Origin: an uncultured Chloroflexia bacterium | GTDB taxonomy: Bacteria > Chloroflexota > Anaerolineae > JAAYZQ01 | DNA: 64,000 nucleotides | Direction: 5' to 3' | Assembly (NCBI GenBank): GCA_963700285.1 | Contig: CAVOXA010000010.1 | Location: 1,440,001 to 1,504,000, forward strand | Shown: piece after piece, positions 23,861 through 33,403 of the stretch | Position numbering within the stretch: the first letter of the stretch is position 1 | Layout of the letters: each line of letters begins with the position of its first letter | Notes under the pieces: generated by a model | Databases searched by the model: none | Seen by the model: only the letters and a program-made list of their open reading frames with translations | Told to the model about the DNA's origin: nothing | Position numbers and translations under genes: made by a program

Positions 23861-24754
23861 TCAGGGGAGGGGCTCTTTGAAGTTGTAGATGCCATCCTCG
23901 ATGGGCCAGCGGCGGTCGCAGCCGGGGCAGGCCATCGCCTCGGGGGATTCCAGCAATCCGGCGGAGCCGCAGGCTGGACAGGCGAATAGATCCTTGGCCG
24001 GCGCGACACCTGCGCCGTCTCCCAGGGCACACTGGAGGAAGATGCTGGGTGTTAGTTGCCACCAGGCGCCGGTCGGCTGGCACAGGCCATCCAGCCTGGC
24101 CAGGGCGCTGGGCGGTACGAGGCGCTTGAGCAGGGGCAGGCGAAAGTGGGACACGGTCCGCTGACGTTTCACGTGAAACCCTGCCCCGGCCAGTTGCTCC
24201 TGCATCCAGGCCGGGTGGAAGTCAAAGTTCATCTCCACGAACTCGACAGGGGTCTGGTCGTAGGGGCTCCAGTCCTGCTTGCCCAGGGCATGGCGGGCCA
24301 TGGCCTTCAGGTGCCGCTTGCTGGCAAATTCGAGGACGTAGCTGCCGCCATCGACCAGCACCCGCGCTACTTGGTCCAGCAGGCTGGGCACGTCGGCGAC
24401 GTGGTGGATGACGCGGACCATCATGGCCGTGTCGATGGCGTCGGGTAGGAAGGGCATGTGGTAAAAGCTGGCGGCCACGTAGAGGATGCGCCTGTCGCGG
24501 CCCAGGCGCTCCTGGGCTTGGCGCAGCAGCGAGCGGGAATAATCCAGCAGGATGACCTGGTCGTAGCCGTCGTAGAACTGGGAGAGGCGCCCAAAACCGG
24601 CGCCGATGTCCAGCAGGCGGCGGCCGGCCGGAGGCAGCAAATGCTGCAGGGCGATGCGCTCGGCCAGGTCCTCGTACTCGCGGCCCTGGCCGTCCCAGAA
24701 GTCGGTCTTGTAGGCGCTGCCCTCATAGTCGCAAAGGCGAGGTTCGTGGTCCAT
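23861..24754 (-). CDS. Class I SAM methyltransferase with C-terminal Trm112-like Zn ribbon
   Basis: LLDIGAGFGR; C-terminal CPAC..CPGC..WPIEDGIYNF; likely leaderless (TTGACG-17-TACTAT ending 7 nt before ATG). Confidence 0.8.
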   Translation of the reverse strand: MDHEPRLCDYEGSAYKTDFWDGQGREYEDLAERIALQHLLPPAGRRLLDIGAGFGRLSQFYDGYDQVILLDYSRSLLRQAQERLGRDRRILYVAASFYHMPFLPDAIDTAMMVRVIHHVADVPSLLDQVARVLVDGGSYVLEFASKRHLKAMARHALGKQDWSPYDQTPVEFVEMNFDFHPAWMQEQLAGAGFHVKRQRTVSHFRLPLLKRLVPPSALARLDGLCQPTGAWWQLTPSIFLQCALGDGAGVAPAKDLFACPACGSAGLLESPEAMACPGCDRRWPIEDGIYNFKEPLP

Positions 24755-25015
24755 GCCCTGGATAGTAGCACAGTTTGCCTCCGCCGTCAACAGTTGGGGC
24801 CAGGTGATTGCCCATATCACACGCCAAGACGCAAGGGCGCCAAGAACAACAAGAAAACCGAATGCGGGCCAAGACAGTGATTTGTCCTTTGCGACCAGGT
24901 GGGCTATAATGCGGGGCGCATTGGGATCGGGAGGGTGGGGATTGGGCCTGGTCGACAGAGGAGATCGCTGGTACCGGGCCCGGCTTGAACCGGCCATTTA
25001 GGAAAGGACGTGACT

Positions 25016-25966
25016 ATGATTATTCTTGTGACCGGAGCGGCGGGCTTTATTGGTTCACACCTGGTAGAGCGACTGCTGGCCCTGGGGCACTCGGTGTGGG
25101 GGTTGGACTGCCTGACCGACTATTACGCTCGATCTCTAAAAGACCTCAACGTCCAGGCCATCACCAGTGCCGGCGCTTCCTTTCTACCCCTGGATCTGGC
25201 CAGCGATGACCTGAGCGCAGCACTCTGCGACGTGGACGTTGTGTTCCATTCGGCCGCGCAGCCGGGGCTGTCTGCTGCCTGCAGCTTTGAGACCTACGCC
25301 CGGAACAACATCACGGCCACCTATCGCCTGCTGGAGGCCGCCTGCCGGGCGCCCTCGCTGCAGGGCTTCATTAATCTCTCCACCTCGTCGGTCTATGGTA
25401 CCTACGCCACGGGCGACGAAACGACGGAGCCCAAGCCTACCTCTTACTATGGCGTGACCAAACTCGCCGCCGAACAGCTTGTCCTGTCGTACCAGCGCAC
25501 GCGGGGCCTGCCGGCCTGCTCTCTGCGGCTCTTTTCTGTCTACGGGCCCCGGGAACGACCAGAAAAGCTATATTCCAAATTGATACGGGCAATTCACGAG
25601 GGCCGCGAGTTCCCCCTTTACGAGGGCAGCGAGCATCATCTGCGTAGCTATACCTATGTCGGGGATATCGTCGATGGCTTTGTCGCCGTCCTGGACAACC
25701 TGGGCCCGTGCGCTGGCGAGATCTTGAATCTTGGTACCGACCGCACCATCACGACTGGGGAAGGCATCGCCATCGTGGAGGAGATCATGGGCAAAGAGGC
25801 CCGGATCGTGCAGGTGCCCAAGCGGGAGGGCGACCAACTCCGGACGGAGGCCAACATCGAAAAGGCCCGGGCGATCCTGGGCTATGAGCCGGTGACGACG
25901 CCCAGGGACGGGCTGGCAGCGCAGGTGGCGTGGTATCGAGAGGTGGCGGACGGCGAACGCTTGTGA
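25016..25966 (+). CDS. NAD-dependent epimerase/dehydratase (UDP-glucuronate 4-epimerase-like)
   Basis: ILVTGAAGFIGSHL, STSSVYG, YGVTKLAAE, VYGPRERP. Confidence 0.9.
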   Translation: MIILVTGAAGFIGSHLVERLLALGHSVWGLDCLTDYYARSLKDLNVQAITSAGASFLPLDLASDDLSAALCDVDVVFHSAAQPGLSAACSFETYARNNITATYRLLEAACRAPSLQGFINLSTSSVYGTYATGDETTEPKPTSYYGVTKLAAEQLVLSYQRTRGLPACSLRLFSVYGPRERPEKLYSKLIRAIHEGREFPLYEGSEHHLRSYTYVGDIVDGFVAVLDNLGPCAGEILNLGTDRTITTGEGIAIVEEIMGKEARIVQVPKREGDQLRTEANIEKARAILGYEPVTTPRDGLAAQVAWYREVADGERL

Positions 25967-26076
25967 CCTACGGCAGATCGTGACTATCATCAATCCATTG
26001 CACCTGGACAGATCGTGGAATGTGTGCTACAATAGCACAAAATCACCAACATGTTGTGCTACTTTGGAGGGGTCCT

Positions 26077-26391
26077 TTGACAGCAACGATTCAATCCACT
26101 GATCTGCGGCGGCAGGTACGGGAAGTGCTGGACCGTGTGCGGCGTGAACAGGAGCCCGTCATCGTGCGTACCTACGACACGCCACAAGCGGTGCTTATCC
26201 CCTACGAAGACTTTGAAGCGTTTCAGGCATGGCAGGATCGGCAGCAGAAGCGCAACGCCTGGTTGGCCGAACTGCAGTCCCTTGCCGAAAAGGTGAGCGC
26301 CCGGGCTGCACTATCCGACGACGAGGCGGCGGTCCTGATCGATGAAGCGGTCCGGGCGACTGCCCACTGCCCGCAGACATCTGGATGGTGA
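26077..26391 (+). CDS. Phd/YefM-family antitoxin
   Basis: IQSTDLRRQVREVLDRV..PVIVRTYDTPQAVLI; GGAGG SD; overlaps the PIN gene. Confidence 0.8.
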   Translation: MTATIQSTDLRRQVREVLDRVRREQEPVIVRTYDTPQAVLIPYEDFEAFQAWQDRQQKRNAWLAELQSLAEKVSARAALSDDEAAVLIDEAVRATAHCPQTSGW

Positions 26392-26813
26392 TCCGCGCCG
26401 TTCTGGACAGCAACGTGCTGGTCAGCTATCTACTCACTCACCGTCCCCCTATGGCCACGTTGCTTGACTATCATCTGGCCCGGGACGATTTCGTACTGGT
26501 GACCGCCCCCGAACTCCTGGCTGAGCTTGACCGTGTCCTGGGATATTCCAAGTTGCAGCGGTACTATACCGAGCAAGATCGCACACTTTTTGTCGCCATG
26601 ATCATGGCCTTGGGCGACGTGGCAGAACTGCCCGAGATGATACCCCGCATCTCGCGTGATCCGGATGACGATCGGGTGATCGCCTGCGCTGTCGCTGGCG
26701 AGGCTGATGTGATTGTCAGTGGCGACGAAGATCTGCTGGCCCTGAATCGAGTGGGAGACATTCCCATCCTCACGGCGGCCCGGTTTTTGGAATTGTTGGA
26801 ACAGGGCGATTGA
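26385..26813 (+). CDS. PIN-domain toxin (PIN_3-like)
   Basis: VLDSNVLVS, RDPDDDRVIACA, IVSGDEDLL. Confidence 0.85.
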   Translation: MVIRAVLDSNVLVSYLLTHRPPMATLLDYHLARDDFVLVTAPELLAELDRVLGYSKLQRYYTEQDRTLFVAMIMALGDVAELPEMIPRISRDPDDDRVIACAVAGEADVIVSGDEDLLALNRVGDIPILTAARFLELLEQGD

Positions 26814-26823
26814 CAGCGAGAAC

Positions 26824-26994
26824 CGTTGTCCGATGAGGTGAGTGTCAGGGGGCAGGCGTGGACTGTGGTCCACGCCGAGCGACTGACGGAGGCAGCATCC
26901 GATCGTTGTCCGATGAGGTGAGTGTCAGGGGGCAGGCGTGGACTGTGGTCCACGCCGAGCGACTGACGGAGGCAGCCCGATCTGTTGTCCGATG
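26824..26994. repeat. 80-bp tandem repeat (~2.1 copies), each unit containing the family A palindrome
   Basis: Units start at 26824 and 26904, partial third at ~26984; core GGCGTGGAC-TGTG-GTCCACGCC. Confidence 0.9.
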
Positions 26995-27013
26995 GGGCCT
27001 TGCAGAAGACCGG

Positions 27014-27724
27014 CTAGCTCCCCAGATCCACCAGGCCGCGGCGCAGGGCAGTGACTACGGCGTGGGTCCGGTCGTTGGCCTGAAGCTTGGCGATGATGGT
27101 ACTGACATAGTTTTTGACCGTGCCCTCGGTCAGGTACAGGCGGGCGCCGATATCCTTGTTGGAAAGGCCCTCTACCAGAAGATGGAGCACCTCTTCCTCG
27201 CGGGGGGTGAGGGCTTCGATGACGCCGTCCACTGCTTCGCCAGCCGATGGCTGCCGGGCCGGACTGCTCTCGGGCTGGGATGCCGCTGGCTGAGAAGCCA
27301 GCCGCTGAAACTCACCCAATACCTTGCGGGCGACACCAGGATCGATCTGCGATTCGCCCCGCGTCACGCCCCGGATGGCCTCGACCAGCGTTTCGCCGCT
27401 GGCATCTTTGAGGAGATAACCCTCGGCCCCAGCCTTGATCCCCTCAAAGACCAGGTTATCGGTGTCGTAGGTGGTGAGGATGATGACGTGGGTGCCGGGC
27501 AGCTCGGCGCAGATCCGGCGCGTGGCCGGGATGCCGCCCAAGCGGGGCATTTTCAGGTCCATGAGTACCACGTCGGGGCGGAGTTCACGGGCCAGGGCTA
27601 TCCCTTCCTGCCCATCGCCGGCCTGGCCGGCCACCTCGATGCCCTCTGCGTATCTGAGGATCGTGGCCAACCCCTGGCGCACGATCTGCTGGTCATCTAC
27701 GAGCAGAACACGGATGGCGCCCAT
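27014..27724 (-). CDS. NarL/LuxR-family response regulator
   Basis: VLLVDDQQIVRQGL, PDVVLMDLKMP, LTPREEEVL..GLSNKDI..TVKNYVS. Confidence 0.95.
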   Translation of the reverse strand: MGAIRVLLVDDQQIVRQGLATILRYAEGIEVAGQAGDGQEGIALARELRPDVVLMDLKMPRLGGIPATRRICAELPGTHVIILTTYDTDNLVFEGIKAGAEGYLLKDASGETLVEAIRGVTRGESQIDPGVARKVLGEFQRLASQPAASQPESSPARQPSAGEAVDGVIEALTPREEEVLHLLVEGLSNKDIGARLYLTEGTVKNYVSTIIAKLQANDRTHAVVTALRRGLVDLGS

Positions 27725-27754
27725 GGTTCCATCAACCCCCTGCCAGCCACCAGT

Positions 27755-28501
27755 TCAATTGAGATCATGGTAGGGATAGACGGCGGCTTCCTGCGCCGCT
27801 GCCCTGATGGCGGGATCGGATGAGTAGACGCCACGCCGTTCAGGGGGGAGCAGCATGGCAATTCGCTCCATGATCTCGTCGCCGATCTCCTCCAGGCGCT
27901 GGCGGCGTTCAAGGCCGCGGTCCGGAGCGAGCAGGGGGCCAAAGGGCTTGCCGATGCGTACCGTGACCTGGGCGCGGTGTCCCTGTCGCAAGCGGGGAAA
28001 GAGGCCGACCAACCCATCGAGACCCAGAGGCAGGATCTGGGCGCGGGTGAGGGCAGCCAGATAGGCCGTCCCGGGCCGGGCCGGGCGCAGCACAGGAGCC
28101 CATGAGCCCCCTTCGGGAAAGATACCCAGCATCCCGTTCTGGGCCAGCACCTGCGTCGAGGCGCGCATGGCGCGCCGAGAGACGGCGCCCCGGCGGACGG
28201 TGTACACGCCCCAGAGCTTGGGCAGCCAGCTTGTAACCGGCGGCGCGTCGATGAGGTGAAAGCCGGCCAGGAATTCCATGGGCCAGGGCAGCGTGCTGAT
28301 AATGGCCACGGGATCGGCAAAGTGAAAATGATTGGCCACCACAATCAGCGGACCGGACTTGGGCAGGTTCTCCAGGCCCTGGACGTCAAAGTCGCTGAGG
28401 ATAGAAAAGGCGAGGCGCGAGAGCTTTCGCAGGAGGTAGCGAACCGGGCGGCGGCGCGGGTAGGGAAACGGCGATCGATTCTCAGATGGTTTCTGGTCCA
28501 C
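27755..28501 (-). CDS. Lysophospholipid acyltransferase (PlsC family)
   Basis: NHFHFAD (HX4D) and FPEGG motifs; likely leaderless (TTGGCA-17-TATACT ending 6 nt before GTG). Confidence 0.85.
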   Translation of the reverse strand: MDQKPSENRSPFPYPRRRPVRYLLRKLSRLAFSILSDFDVQGLENLPKSGPLIVVANHFHFADPVAIISTLPWPMEFLAGFHLIDAPPVTSWLPKLWGVYTVRRGAVSRRAMRASTQVLAQNGMLGIFPEGGSWAPVLRPARPGTAYLAALTRAQILPLGLDGLVGLFPRLRQGHRAQVTVRIGKPFGPLLAPDRGLERRQRLEEIGDEIMERIAMLLPPERRGVYSSDPAIRAAAQEAAVYPYHDLN

Positions 28502-28564
28502 GACTATAGTATAACCGTGAATGTGCAAAGTGCCAAGCTGGGTTGGGCTCGGAGAGACAAGGGT

Positions 28565-28593
28565 TTGACATTTTGATGACCATTTGATATGAT
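28565..28593 (+). promoter_or_regulatory. Leaderless promoter/operator of vapBC
   Basis: TTGACA-17-TATGAT, ATG 7 nt downstream; repeated TTTGAT motifs. Confidence 0.65.
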
Positions 28594-28600
28594 TTGATGT

Positions 28601-28852
28601 ATGAGAACGACGATTCGATTGGATGACGATCTGTTGGTTGAGATCAAGAGAATTTCTGCGCAGACGGGCAGAACACTGACTTTGGTCATTGAGGATGCCT
28701 TGCGCGAAATGCTGGCTCGCCAGCGGAGAACAAAAGAACGCAAGCCGGTAAGACTCACGACCGTGTCAGGCAGTGGCCTCCAACCAGGCGTCGATCTGGA
28801 TGACTCAGCGGCTCTGCTTACCCTCATGGAAGAATCCAGTGATTCTGCCTGA
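28601..28852 (+). CDS. vapB: VapB/RHH antitoxin
   Basis: MRTTIRLDDDLL..GRTLTLVIEDALR..GLQPGVDLDDSAALL. Confidence 0.85.
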   Translation: MRTTIRLDDDLLVEIKRISAQTGRTLTLVIEDALREMLARQRRTKERKPVRLTTVSGSGLQPGVDLDDSAALLTLMEESSDSA

Positions 28853-29270
28853 CGTCAATGTACTGGTGTACGCCCACCGGGTGGACGCACCCAAGCACAC
28901 CGCCTACCGCGAGTGGCTGGAGGGCGTGATCAACAGTGACCAAGCGTACGGCCTGGCCGATCTCGTGCTGAGTGGTTTCCTGCGCATCGTCACTCATCCC
29001 CGGGTCTTTGCTCGTCCCAGTGGACTGGACCAGGCGCTGGCGTTTGTCACCGAAATCCGCGACCAGCCAAACTGCGTTCCTGTCGGGCCTGGACCTCGCC
29101 ATTGGGATATCTTTGTGCGACTGTGTAGGACCGCGACTGTGAAGGGGAATCTTGTTCCCGATGCCTACCTGGCAGCTTTGGCTATTGAATCAGGCAGCGA
29201 GTGGATCACGACAGACCGAGATTTCAGCAGATTTCCCCAGTTGTTGTGGCGACATCCCCTTGACGATTAG
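28839..29270 (+). CDS. vapC: VapC PIN toxin
   Basis: ILPDVNVLVYAH, FLRIVTHPRVF, GNLVPDAYLAALA, TTDRDFSRFP. Confidence 0.9.
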   Translation: MILPDVNVLVYAHRVDAPKHTAYREWLEGVINSDQAYGLADLVLSGFLRIVTHPRVFARPSGLDQALAFVTEIRDQPNCVPVGPGPRHWDIFVRLCRTATVKGNLVPDAYLAALAIESGSEWITTDRDFSRFPQLLWRHPLDD

Positions 29271-29377
29271 AAAAGTCATACCCTATCTCTGTCTGCGCAA
29301 GAATGCCCAGGTTCTTATCCTCTCTTCCACACCAGAAGACTGCCAAAGTGGCCCTCGATTTCAAGAAAGGCAGCAAA

Positions 29378-30193
29378 ATGTCCGAGCGGAGCGTCATTGA
29401 GCGTACAGACACGCCCCTGACCGTCACGTCGCTAGCCGAACAACTGCGGGATTGTGGCCTGGCAGAGGGCCAGACCGTGTTGGCCCATCTGGCTATGAGC
29501 AAACTTGGCTGGATTGTTGGGGGGGCCGGGGCGGTGATCCTGGCCCTGCTGGCCGCAGTCGGCGATACCGGCACGATCATGATGACGACACACAACGGCG
29601 ACAATACGGACCCATCCGAATGGCAGCACCCGCCGGTTCCAGAAGCCTGGTGGCAGACGATCCGGGACCATACCCCGGCCTATAGCCCGCGGACCACCCC
29701 AACGCGAGACATGGGCGTGGTGCCAGAACTGTTCCGTACCTGGCCGGGGGCCGTCCGCAGCGCGCATCCCGCCTTCTCCCTGGCGGCTCTGGGGCCGAAT
29801 GCCGAGTATCTGGTGGCCGGCCACGCCCTGGAGGAGGACACCGGCGACCGATCACCCTTGGGCAAGCTCTACGAACTTGACGGCTATGTGCTGCTGCTCG
29901 GTGTCGATCACTGGAACAACACCTCGCTGCATCTGGCCGAGCACCGCGCCGAGTATCCCGGCAAGCGTTATCTCCACACCGGCAGTGCAATGCTGGTTGA
30001 TGGCCAGCGCCAGTGGGTAGCCTACGAGACGCTGGACAGCAATCCCGACGACTTTGCTGAGATCGGGGCTGCTTTCGATAGAGCACACAACATCGCCGTC
30101 CAGCGGATCAATGACGCCCAGGTGCGCTTTTTCAAGCAGCGGCTGGTCGTCGACTTTGCCGTCGCGTGGATGGAACAGCAAAGGACTTGTTGA
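29378..30193 (+). CDS. AAC(3)-family N-acetyltransferase (YokD-like)
   Basis: VLAHLAMSKLGWIVGG, MGVVPELFRTWPGAVRSAHP, SPLGKLY, LLGV..NTSLHLAE. Confidence 0.9.
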   Translation: MSERSVIERTDTPLTVTSLAEQLRDCGLAEGQTVLAHLAMSKLGWIVGGAGAVILALLAAVGDTGTIMMTTHNGDNTDPSEWQHPPVPEAWWQTIRDHTPAYSPRTTPTRDMGVVPELFRTWPGAVRSAHPAFSLAALGPNAEYLVAGHALEEDTGDRSPLGKLYELDGYVLLLGVDHWNNTSLHLAEHRAEYPGKRYLHTGSAMLVDGQRQWVAYETLDSNPDDFAEIGAAFDRAHNIAVQRINDAQVRFFKQRLVVDFAVAWMEQQRTC

Positions 30194-31006
30194 TGGAGCA
30201 AAACAATATGGTTAGAGGAGCCCAGGCTGTCTATTTCTCCCACGGCGGTGGTCCGTTGCCCATCCTGGGAGATGCCAGCCACCAGGCGATGGTGGAGTTC
30301 ATGACCCGGCTTCCAGCGCAACTGACCAGGCCGGAGGCCATCGTCGTCGTCAGCGCGCACTGGGAGGAAGGCGCCGCCACCCTTCTGGGCGCGCCCAGTC
30401 CCCCCATGTTCTACGACTACTATGGCTTTCCCAGGGAAGCCTACGACATCACCTACCCCGCCCCCGGCCATCCTGCCCTGGCAGAGCGGATTGCTGGTCT
30501 GCTGGAGAAGAACGACATCCCGGCGCGCATAGATACCCGGCGAGGCTTCGACCACGGCCTGTTCATCCCGCTCAAGCTGATGTATCCGCGAGCGGATATC
30601 CCCTCCATCCAACTCTCGCTGTTGCGCGGGCTGGACCCGGCGGCGCACATCGCTCTGGGCAAGGCGTTGCGCGACATTGCTGGGCGAAAACATTCTGGTC
30701 ATCGGCTCGGGCTTCTCGTTTCACAACCTGAACGCGTTTTTCGGACAGGACCTTGGCGCGCCCGATCCGGCGAACGACGCCTTCCAGGACTGGCTTATCG
30801 AGACGTGCACCGGGCCGCTGTCGCAGGCGGAGCGCGAACAGCGCTTGATCGAATGGGAGCGAGCGCCCTCCGCCCGCTACTGCCACCCCCGCGAGGAGCA
30901 CCTGCTGCCCCTTCATGTGTGCCTTGGGCTGGCGGGCGGGCCCGCCAAAGTGGTCTTTGACGACCAGATCCTGGGCAAGCGCGGCGTGGCGTTTCTGTGG
31001 AGATGA
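30193..31006 (+). CDS. DODA/LigB-type extradiol dioxygenase, frameshifted
   Basis: YFSHGGGPLP, SAHWE, RGFDHG, IGSGFSFHN, HPREEHLLPL. Confidence 0.85.
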
Positions 31007-31042
31007 GTTAGTCTCCTCCGAAACGATGAAGGCTGGTTGGTA

Positions 31043-31927
31043 TTAGGCTACACTCCCTGCCAATGCAATAGCGCCCAGCACCCCGGCGCGATCTGCCAGG
31101 ACCGGCGGCACGATATAGTGGTCGATGTCGTCCAGGATCTCGGGTGCTTGCACGTAGCCGTTGAGTAGTTCCTGTACCTCAGCCCGGATGAGTGGGAAGA
31201 GGTGGCGTTCCACCATCACCCCACCGCCCAGGATGATGCGCTGCGGCGAGAGCGTGCAGATCAGGTTGACCAGGCCCAGGGCCAGGTAGTGGGCCTCGAG
31301 GGGCCAGGCCGGGTGATCGGCAGGCAGGGTTTCCCCCCGCTGGCCCCATCTGGCCTCCAGCGCCGGGCCGGTGGCCAAGCCCTCCAGGCAATCGCCGTGG
31401 TAGGGACAGACCCCCTCGAAAGGATCAGCTTCCCGGTCATGGGGCAGGCGAATGTGTCCCATCTCGGGGTGCACCAGGCCATGCATCAGCTTGCCGCCCA
31501 CCATTCCGCCGCCGCCGATGCCGGTGCCGATGGTCAGGTAGAGGAACGTGTCCAGCCCTTGAGCTGCGCCCCAGCGGTGCTCTCCCAGGGCCGCGCCGTT
31601 GACGTCGGTGTCAAAGCCCACCGGCAGATCCAGTGCCCGGCCTACTGCCCCGGCCAGATCGGTATTCGCCCAACCAGGCTTGGGCGTGGAGGTGATGTGA
31701 CCGTAGGTGGGCGACGCCGGGTTGAGATCGACCGGCCCGAAAGATGCAATCCCGATGGCAGAGAGCCTTGCCTGAAAGGGCGCCAGGAAATCGATGGCGC
31801 GGCCGATCGTCTCCTGGGGAGTGGTAGTTGGAAACTGGACGTCGGCCCGGACGTCATCCGGTCCGGTACCCACAGCGCAGACGAACTTGGTACCGCCTGC
31901 TTCGATCCCGCCGTAGAGTGGGGACAT
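31043..31927 (-). CDS. ROK-family kinase (fructokinase-like)
   Basis: [46 protein letters not shown]. Confidence 0.9.
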   Translation of the reverse strand: MSPLYGGIEAGGTKFVCAVGTGPDDVRADVQFPTTTPQETIGRAIDFLAPFQARLSAIGIASFGPVDLNPASPTYGHITSTPKPGWANTDLAGAVGRALDLPVGFDTDVNGAALGEHRWGAAQGLDTFLYLTIGTGIGGGGMVGGKLMHGLVHPEMGHIRLPHDREADPFEGVCPYHGDCLEGLATGPALEARWGQRGETLPADHPAWPLEAHYLALGLVNLICTLSPQRIILGGGVMVERHLFPLIRAEVQELLNGYVQAPEILDDIDHYIVPPVLADRAGVLGAIALAGSVA

Positions 31928-32068
31928 AGTACAGCCTAACCTTTCAGGCCCGGGCTGGCAATACGCCGGACAAAAGTCCCTGGAATGCCCAAGACGGCCA
32001 GCGCGGGCAGGGTGAACGTCGTCTCATAAGGGTAAGCACCAGGTCCCGCTTGGAGCTTTTCAGAGTTC

Positions 32069-32527
32069 TCACTTGTGCCCAGCGGGGTCGTAGTCGCAGG
32101 CACCGTCGTCGCGATGAGCCAGATAGTACTCGATGGCCTGCCGGGTGGTGAAGGTCAGCGGCAGGTCCAGGGCGGCTTCCGGCTCCAGCCACAAGCCATC
32201 GGTCAGTTCCTCATCGTCGAGCTGGAGCTCGCCCGTCCAGCGGTCTACGACAAAGTCGAGGTAGACCAGGTGGTGGCTGCCGTCCTTGTAGAGGGGCGGT
32301 CGGATGCGCTCGCCGACGCGCAGCAGCCGGCAGCGGGTGGGGGTCAGGTTGGTTTCCTCGCGCAGTTCGCGGACCAGGGCCTGGGCTATCGTCTCGCCAT
32401 ACTCGACGTGGCCGCCGGGGATGGCATAGTGGCCGGCGATCTTGCTAAAGAGGGCGACGAACACTTGTCCCTGAGCGTTCACCAATAGGGCGCCGACGAC
32501 TAGCTCCGGTTGGCGCATATCAGTCAC
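32069..32527 (-). CDS. NUDIX hydrolase
   Basis: PGGHVEYGETIAQALVRELREETNL Nudix box. Confidence 0.9.
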   Translation of the reverse strand: MTDMRQPELVVGALLVNAQGQVFVALFSKIAGHYAIPGGHVEYGETIAQALVRELREETNLTPTRCRLLRVGERIRPPLYKDGSHHLVYLDFVVDRWTGELQLDDEELTDGLWLEPEAALDLPLTFTTRQAIEYYLAHRDDGACDYDPAGHK

Positions 32528-32533
32528 TGCAAC

Positions 32534-33031
32534 CTAAGGTGGTAGATTGTCGTTACGGGCTTGATTTCGTACAAATGTGACTTGGGAAACATAGTCGCTG
32601 AGCAAGAGTACCTGGATTCCCTGCACCTTGGTCAAACGGCGGTCATTTGTGACAAAAGCCGTGGCGCCAGCTTCCATCGCAGCGGAAATCTGCAATGCAT
32701 CTGGCACGTGGATATCATGTCTCGCTCGCAAATCCACGGCGCGGCGGGCTAGAGCAATGTCAATTGGCACCATTCGAACCTGTTGCGAATCGACTAGAGA
32801 GCGTTCATAGGCATCCACCAAGTCCAGACGCCCCTCACGTTGCGGATGTACACAGGTTTCAATGAGCGTGATGATCGATGTAATACCTTGAACCTCAGGT
32901 GCTTTGAGAGTGCGAAAGAGCACCTCAGATGGTGCGAAGTAGCGGGGATGCTGCTCCCAGAAGTAGATGAAGGGTGCGGTATCCACACCGATGATAGGAT
33001 GCGGGCTCAAGTCGGCTTCTAGCTGTCCCAA
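32534..33031 (-). CDS. PIN-domain toxin
   Basis: GVDTAPFIYF, ITLIE, PDALQISAA, FVTNDRRL. Confidence 0.85.
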   Translation of the reverse strand: MGQLEADLSPHPIIGVDTAPFIYFWEQHPRYFAPSEVLFRTLKAPEVQGITSIITLIETCVHPQREGRLDLVDAYERSLVDSQQVRMVPIDIALARRAVDLRARHDIHVPDALQISAAMEAGATAFVTNDRRLTKVQGIQVLLLSDYVSQVTFVRNQARNDNLPP

Positions 33032-33249
33032 CTTGCGCGCTCCTGCTCCAAGTATGCATCCACATCAATCTGTGCCCATAGATCTGCGCCCAGACCAGCC
33101 AGACTCAGCATATCCACAGGCTCGGTCTGTTTCTCCATCTCACTGCCTAGCCGTTCGGACAACAGGCTGATCAGTCGCAACCGATCACGAGGAGAAAGCT
33201 GCTCACTCATGTCAATCACCTGGTCAAGTGTTGCGGTCGATTCAGCCAT
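33019..33249 (-). CDS. Putative antitoxin
   Basis: Small acidic ORF overlapping the PIN gene; LAGLGADLW..DVDAYLEQERASW. Confidence 0.7.
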   Translation of the reverse strand: MAESTATLDQVIDMSEQLSPRDRLRLISLLSERLGSEMEKQTEPVDMLSLAGLGADLWAQIDVDAYLEQERASWDS

Positions 33250-33403
33250 CGCTTCCCTCCGTTAGTCTCATGACTCTAGAGGTATTTTACCATGCATTCT
33301 CATAGACCGCAAGGATGTTCAAGGGAACTGGCCTGCTTTGCTCTTTTGGCATCCGATCTTGCATCGGTCTTGAGAAAGTGGACGATAGCGGGAGCTGGCC
33401 CTG

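Noticed and set aside
26824-26994. Mini-CRISPR or a coding region (ORF 26858..27823)
   Set aside because: Two identical 80-bp units; the long plus-strand ORF is the antisense shadow of the response regulator
29378-30193. Acquired aminoglycoside-resistance gene
   Set aside because: YokD-like family member with host-like composition and no integron or transposon context; resistance cannot be inferred
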